A DNA stretch of 64,000 nt, taken from contig JAHDYR010000030.1 of NCBI GenBank assembly GCA_019828565.1, positions 112,484-176,483 of the forward strand, written 5' to 3'. Of the stretch, positions 60,175-64,000 are shown piece after piece. This stretch comes from Carpediemonas membranifera BICM (taxonomy: Eukaryota; Protista; Fornicata). Under the pieces are notes generated by a model, which had not been told where the DNA came from, searched no databases, and was given only the letters and a program-made list of their open reading frames with translations. Numbering within the stretch: position 1 is the first letter of the stretch; each line of letters begins with the position of its first letter. A program made the position numbers and the translations under genes.

Positions 60175-63100
60175 ATGCAACCTGGCTCAACTGTCATTAG
60201 ACGGGCATTGGGACTTGCATATGTCCAAGAATGTCGAAAGAAGGGCATAACTCCCAACGAAACCATCACAAACACCCTTTCTCAGCAAACGAACGATGAT
60301 ATCGAGCTCAACGCCATTTTTCAGCTCGGAAGCTTCGGGAACGAGCACGTAATCGCCCTTTACAGCGCGTTTAACAACAGCGAAGAGCATCTTCGCCGAC
60401 TTTCCAAGCTCTCCCTCGACGGGAACAACATTTCTGGGCCAGGCATGCGGCCCATCAACGGCCTGCTCGTCCTTAACCCGAGCCTGACCACCCTCGAGCT
60501 CTCCCACAACCCCATCGGCGACGAGGGCGTCCACACGCTGTGCCAAGCCCTCATCCCGCCCCGAAACCCTGCCTACCCCCGGGTACGACTCCAGCGTCTG
60601 AACCTGAGTGATTGCGGGCTGTCAGACTTCGCAGCCACGCGTATTGCTGAGATGCTGAAGCATAACACTGACCTCCGCGTGCTCGAGCTCAGCACCACCG
60701 GCCGACCCGCTGGCCACCCAGTGATGCCCATGGATTTGCACTCAAACCCCGAGCTGGCGGACTTTGTCACTGACTTACAGGCCGAGCTTGCTGTCGAGAG
60801 GCAGGTGACGGTCCTGGGAAAGTCTACACCGCTGAACAGCGCTTTCTTCGAGTCTCACGGAAATGATATCGGGCCCATGGGCGCCACAGCCCTCGCCCAG
60901 GCCCTGAGCGTTAACCGGTCGATCCAGACACTCAACATACTTGGCAACGCGATCGGCAACGAGGGGTTCCGTAACCTAGTGACCCACGCCACTGGCCACA
61001 CGAGTCTGAGGACGCTGGGGCTTTCTGTGTTCCACCGGAGCCAGTTTCCCGCAGCCGGTGAGTTCTATTGCCCCCGCCAGAGTGCGGCGCATGCTTTTCC
61101 CCGCTTTGTCAACCTGTTGCGGTCGACCCCGCACCTTACCCGACTTGACCTCGGCTGGGTCATCATCGGCCCTCTTCGCCACACTTCCACACCCCTCCCT
61201 GCCCCCCTAGCAATGGCCGACACCTTCCCCGCCGAGCCCGCGATGACAGTGGTTGAGGATGAGCCCCAGGGGCCTAAGCCAGTCACCCCGGGTACACCAG
61301 TCATTCTTCACACAGAGATGAGGGCACTCGCACGGAAGCAGAGGGAGGAGGGGAAGGCGGCCGAGAAGAAGCAAGAGCCGGCCGCACATTCGCCGGGCGC
61401 CACGTCAACGTCGCCCACACCTGAGAAGAAACGCCGCACGAAGTCCCCTGGCAACAAGCGGCGTCACAAAAGCCGTGAGACGAGCGCCGACGTTCTCTCG
61501 CCCTCTCTTGGCCGCGCGTACGGCCGAGCTCGTGCCGACAGCGTGGAGGGCCAGCCTGTATCGTCCCCATTAGTCGTGGTCCGCACACAGCAGGCGATGG
61601 GCGTGACAAATGATGACCTTAAGCTGCGCAGGCGACTCGTCGAGACGCTCAAGCAGAGTAGTCCTGCCAAGCGGCGTGCAGCCATGATTCCCGAGATATC
61701 TACGCCGGTCTTCAGGTTCTCCGAGACGGTCGCCCCGCCGGCTGGACGAAGGGACCTCAGTGAGACCCAGCCGCCCCAGTCCATGCCCAGCCGTGACGCC
61801 CCCAAGGCCCCAGCTCTCCGAGACTCGCCCCCCGCCCGCACGGCTCCTGAAGCGCTGCAGTCACCTCCCAAGAGACCTCCGCCGCCCGCCCTACCCGCCC
61901 CTGTGGATTCTGACACGGAGAGTGAGGATGACTCGCCGCCGCACCGCCCGCCGATCCCTGTGAAGCCTGCATTTATCAGCAACAAGCACCGAGATGCCAC
62001 AAAGCAAGCGGAGATTCAGCGTGCAGCCCAGCAGCAGGCGCGAATCGCGGAACTTGAAGCTGCCCATCGCATGGAGATCGAGGAGCTCAAATCCAAGCAC
62101 GAGGAGACTGTCGCTGCCGTTACTGCAGATCTTGAAGCCCGGACGGCCGTGGTCCAAGAGCTCACGGGCACTGTCCAGACACTGACGGGAGAGAAGCACG
62201 CCTTGGAGGTGGAGAGAGATTCACTCGCAGCGAGGGTATCTGAGGCAAAAGCTGCCGCTGCAGAGGCTGCTGACGACACAAAGAAGCGTGTCACTGCTCT
62301 CAAGGCCAAGATGACTGCCACCTACGAGGCCAAGCTTGACGCCCTCCGAGCTGAGCTTGAGTCGGCGAGGAAGGCCGACGCGGACAGCTTCGCCGCGGCC
62401 CGTGATTCGTGGCAGTCTACTGAGAACAAGCTGAGGACAGACGCCAAGGACCTGGCTCTGAAGGCAAAGACCCTCGCCGCGGAGAAGGATGCCCTAGCTG
62501 CTGAGAAGGAGGCTGTCTCTGCCGAGCTCTCACAGACTAAGGAGACCTCTGCAGAGACCCACGAGGAGGCCAAGCGAATGGCCCGGCGGGTGGTCGAGCT
62601 GGAGGATGTCACCGAGCAGCTCCTGGCGCAGCTAAAGGAGAGGGAATGCGAGGTAGTAGAGCGACCCCGGCCGGTGTCCCCTGAGTCGACAGCAGTCGCG
62701 GCACAGACTCCGTCCCCTAAGGCAGATCCGCAGGTCCAGGGTGGCGAGCACAGCGAAGAGCCTGTGCCGACGACCCCCACAGTGGAAACCCCGGAACCCG
62801 TGCAGAGTCAGCCCCGTCAAATGAATGTGGACACTGACACACAGCTGAAGCCGGAGCCGGAACCTGTACCGGAGCCCAAGCAGCCTGAGCCTGCCCCCGA
62901 ACCAGAGGAGCCTGAGAAGCCTGCCCAATCACCGGTGAAGGCAGCACCCGAAGTTGATCGCAGGCCAATGATCGCGATCCCTGTCAGGCGTCCAGTCGTG
63001 AGTGATAGCGACAGCGACTGGTCCGATGATGAGTCCCCCGTGACGACCGCACCGCCCAAGGCCTCTGCAATCCTTATTAAGGCCGAGCCTGAGCCCGAAG

Positions 63101-63282
63101 TCGAGCCCCAGTCAGGGCCTGCCCCTGAGCCAAAGCGCCAAATCCACTTGTCGCCTGTCACGATGGGAAAGCTCGACCGCCCCTCCCCGGCGCTGCAGTC
63201 CTCGGTCATGGCCGTATGCGCGGGAGACCGGCTCGCGGTATACGAAGGGAAGAATGGGAGGAGCTTTGTTGTTGCGGTTTGA
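60175..63282 (+). CDS. RNI-like LRR protein with Pro-rich linker and coiled coil
   Basis: LSLDGNNISGPG, LELSHNPIGDEG, LNLSDCGL, NDIGPMGA..LNILGNAIGNEG repeats. Confidence 0.8.
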   Translation: MQPGSTVIRRALGLAYVQECRKKGITPNETITNTLSQQTNDDIELNAIFQLGSFGNEHVIALYSAFNNSEEHLRRLSKLSLDGNNISGPGMRPINGLLVLNPSLTTLELSHNPIGDEGVHTLCQALIPPRNPAYPRVRLQRLNLSDCGLSDFAATRIAEMLKHNTDLRVLELSTTGRPAGHPVMPMDLHSNPELADFVTDLQAELAVERQVTVLGKSTPLNSAFFESHGNDIGPMGATALAQALSVNRSIQTLNILGNAIGNEGFRNLVTHATGHTSLRTLGLSVFHRSQFPAAGEFYCPRQSAAHAFPRFVNLLRSTPHLTRLDLGWVIIGPLRHTSTPLPAPLAMADTFPAEPAMTVVEDEPQGPKPVTPGTPVILHTEMRALARKQREEGKAAEKKQEPAAHSPGATSTSPTPEKKRRTKSPGNKRRHKSRETSADVLSPSLGRAYGRARADSVEGQPVSSPLVVVRTQQAMGVTNDDLKLRRRLVETLKQSSPAKRRAAMIPEISTPVFRFSETVAPPAGRRDLSETQPPQSMPSRDAPKAPALRDSPPARTAPEALQSPPKRPPPPALPAPVDSDTESEDDSPPHRPPIPVKPAFISNKHRDATKQAEIQRAAQQQARIAELEAAHRMEIEELKSKHEETVAAVTADLEARTAVVQELTGTVQTLTGEKHALEVERDSLAARVSEAKAAAAEAADDTKKRVTALKAKMTATYEAKLDALRAELESARKADADSFAAARDSWQSTENKLRTDAKDLALKAKTLAAEKDALAAEKEAVSAELSQTKETSAETHEEAKRMARRVVELEDVTEQLLAQLKERECEVVERPRPVSPESTAVAAQTPSPKADPQVQGGEHSEEPVPTTPTVETPEPVQSQPRQMNVDTDTQLKPEPEPVPEPKQPEPAPEPEEPEKPAQSPVKAAPEVDRRPMIAIPVRRPVVSDSDSDWSDDESPVTTAPPKASAILIKAEPEPEVEPQSGPAPEPKRQIHLSPVTMGKLDRPSPALQSSVMAVCAGDRLAVYEGKNGRSFVVAV

Positions 63283-63893
63283 TTGTTGATTTACTAGACT
63301 AAATGGCGTTTAACACTGGATGGAATGTGGTATTTATCAAAAATTCTCCCGTTTCACCAAGCCATTTCTGGGCGGTCGATGATGTGTGTCATATTCGTGA
63401 TCCCGCCTCATTCAACCCCAAAACTCATGGCGAGACCGAAAGACACAGCAACGTGTCCGTCTTCTCCATTTCTGATCTTGTGATCGATACTGCTGGGATA
63501 GGTATCTCAACTGAGATGACGTTCTTGTGACAGATTGCTTTGGGTAGCACGTGTTTGACCGGAGTGGTTCTGAGGAGCAGCTCTATCAGTATAACAAGAC
63601 AAGTCGACCGTTGTGCTGTCTCGGACGTTTCGTACTCAGGTGGGTCGCGTAGGGGCGACGAGCCAACCGTCAAGGTTCGTCAAATGATTGGATCAATTCG
63701 GCAGGCCACAATTTGGTTTCGCCGCCGCAGCATGACGTAAATATTCTTTATGGAACAGTAGCGTAGCGGCGTACGTAGCTCTGCGGCCCCTCGGTGGTGG
63801 GCACCGAACGCCCGGTCAGTAAGGGCTCTGGTTGAATATGGTTAGAGGTTGGGCAGTAATCAGTTGATGAATCGATCCGCATGTTTGAAGAAA

Positions 63894-64000
63894 ATGGCCG
63901 AGGACAAGCCGGCCACCGCCGCCGAGGTGAGAAAGCTGAAGGAAGAACTGCAGGAAACGAAGAGAATGCTCCAGCTCATGAAGCAGAACAGAAGGAAGAG
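63894..64000 (+). CDS. 5' fragment of a coiled-coil ORF running off the window
   Basis: aaaATG then MAEDKPATAAEVRKLKEELQETKRMLQLMKQNRRK, open to the window edge. Confidence 0.5.
   Translation, partial: MAEDKPATAAEVRKLKEELQETKRMLQLMKQNRRK

Noticed and set aside
63303-63860. Short ORFs or possible ncRNA in the final intergenic region
   Set aside because: No convincing coding signal or RNA-family motif; would need a covariance-model search

Overview
This is gene-dense, GC-rich eukaryotic DNA with short intergenic spacers, mostly intron-less ORFs and a few tiny (29-46 nt) GT-AG introns. I infer a free-living flagellated metamonad/fornicate such as a Carpediemonas-like organism, but I cannot confirm this. 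About 34 protein-coding loci are supportable. Recognisable ones include RPL39, a GARP/Myb transcription factor, Atg11-like, DUF192, MLO-like, CHID1/GH18, DNAAF1, an FG-GAP/Cys-rich surface protein, a repeated partial-p25alpha (TPPP-like) protein, a CH+coiled-coil protein, a degenerate UPF1-like helicase, an EF-hand/WD40 protein, CLN3/battenin, a degenerate kinesin, DcpS-like, CstF-77 and U2AF65. No rRNA, tRNA, CRISPR or transposase was recognised. Main observations: (1) a 787-aa, 154-Cys, 25-repeat CxC protein that looks like a giant multidomain metallothionein, with synonymous-only divergence in its last repeat and an AGTAAA signal supporting that frame; (2) a 939-bp inverted duplication giving two head-to-head identical copies of a spliced, predicted GPI-anchored surface-protein gene; (3) a three-repeat p25alpha gene with an intron at the same codon position in every repeat; (4) several pseudo-enzyme candidates and bacterial-type families (DUF192, DUF1353). 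Family calls come from motif recognition by eye, not database searches.
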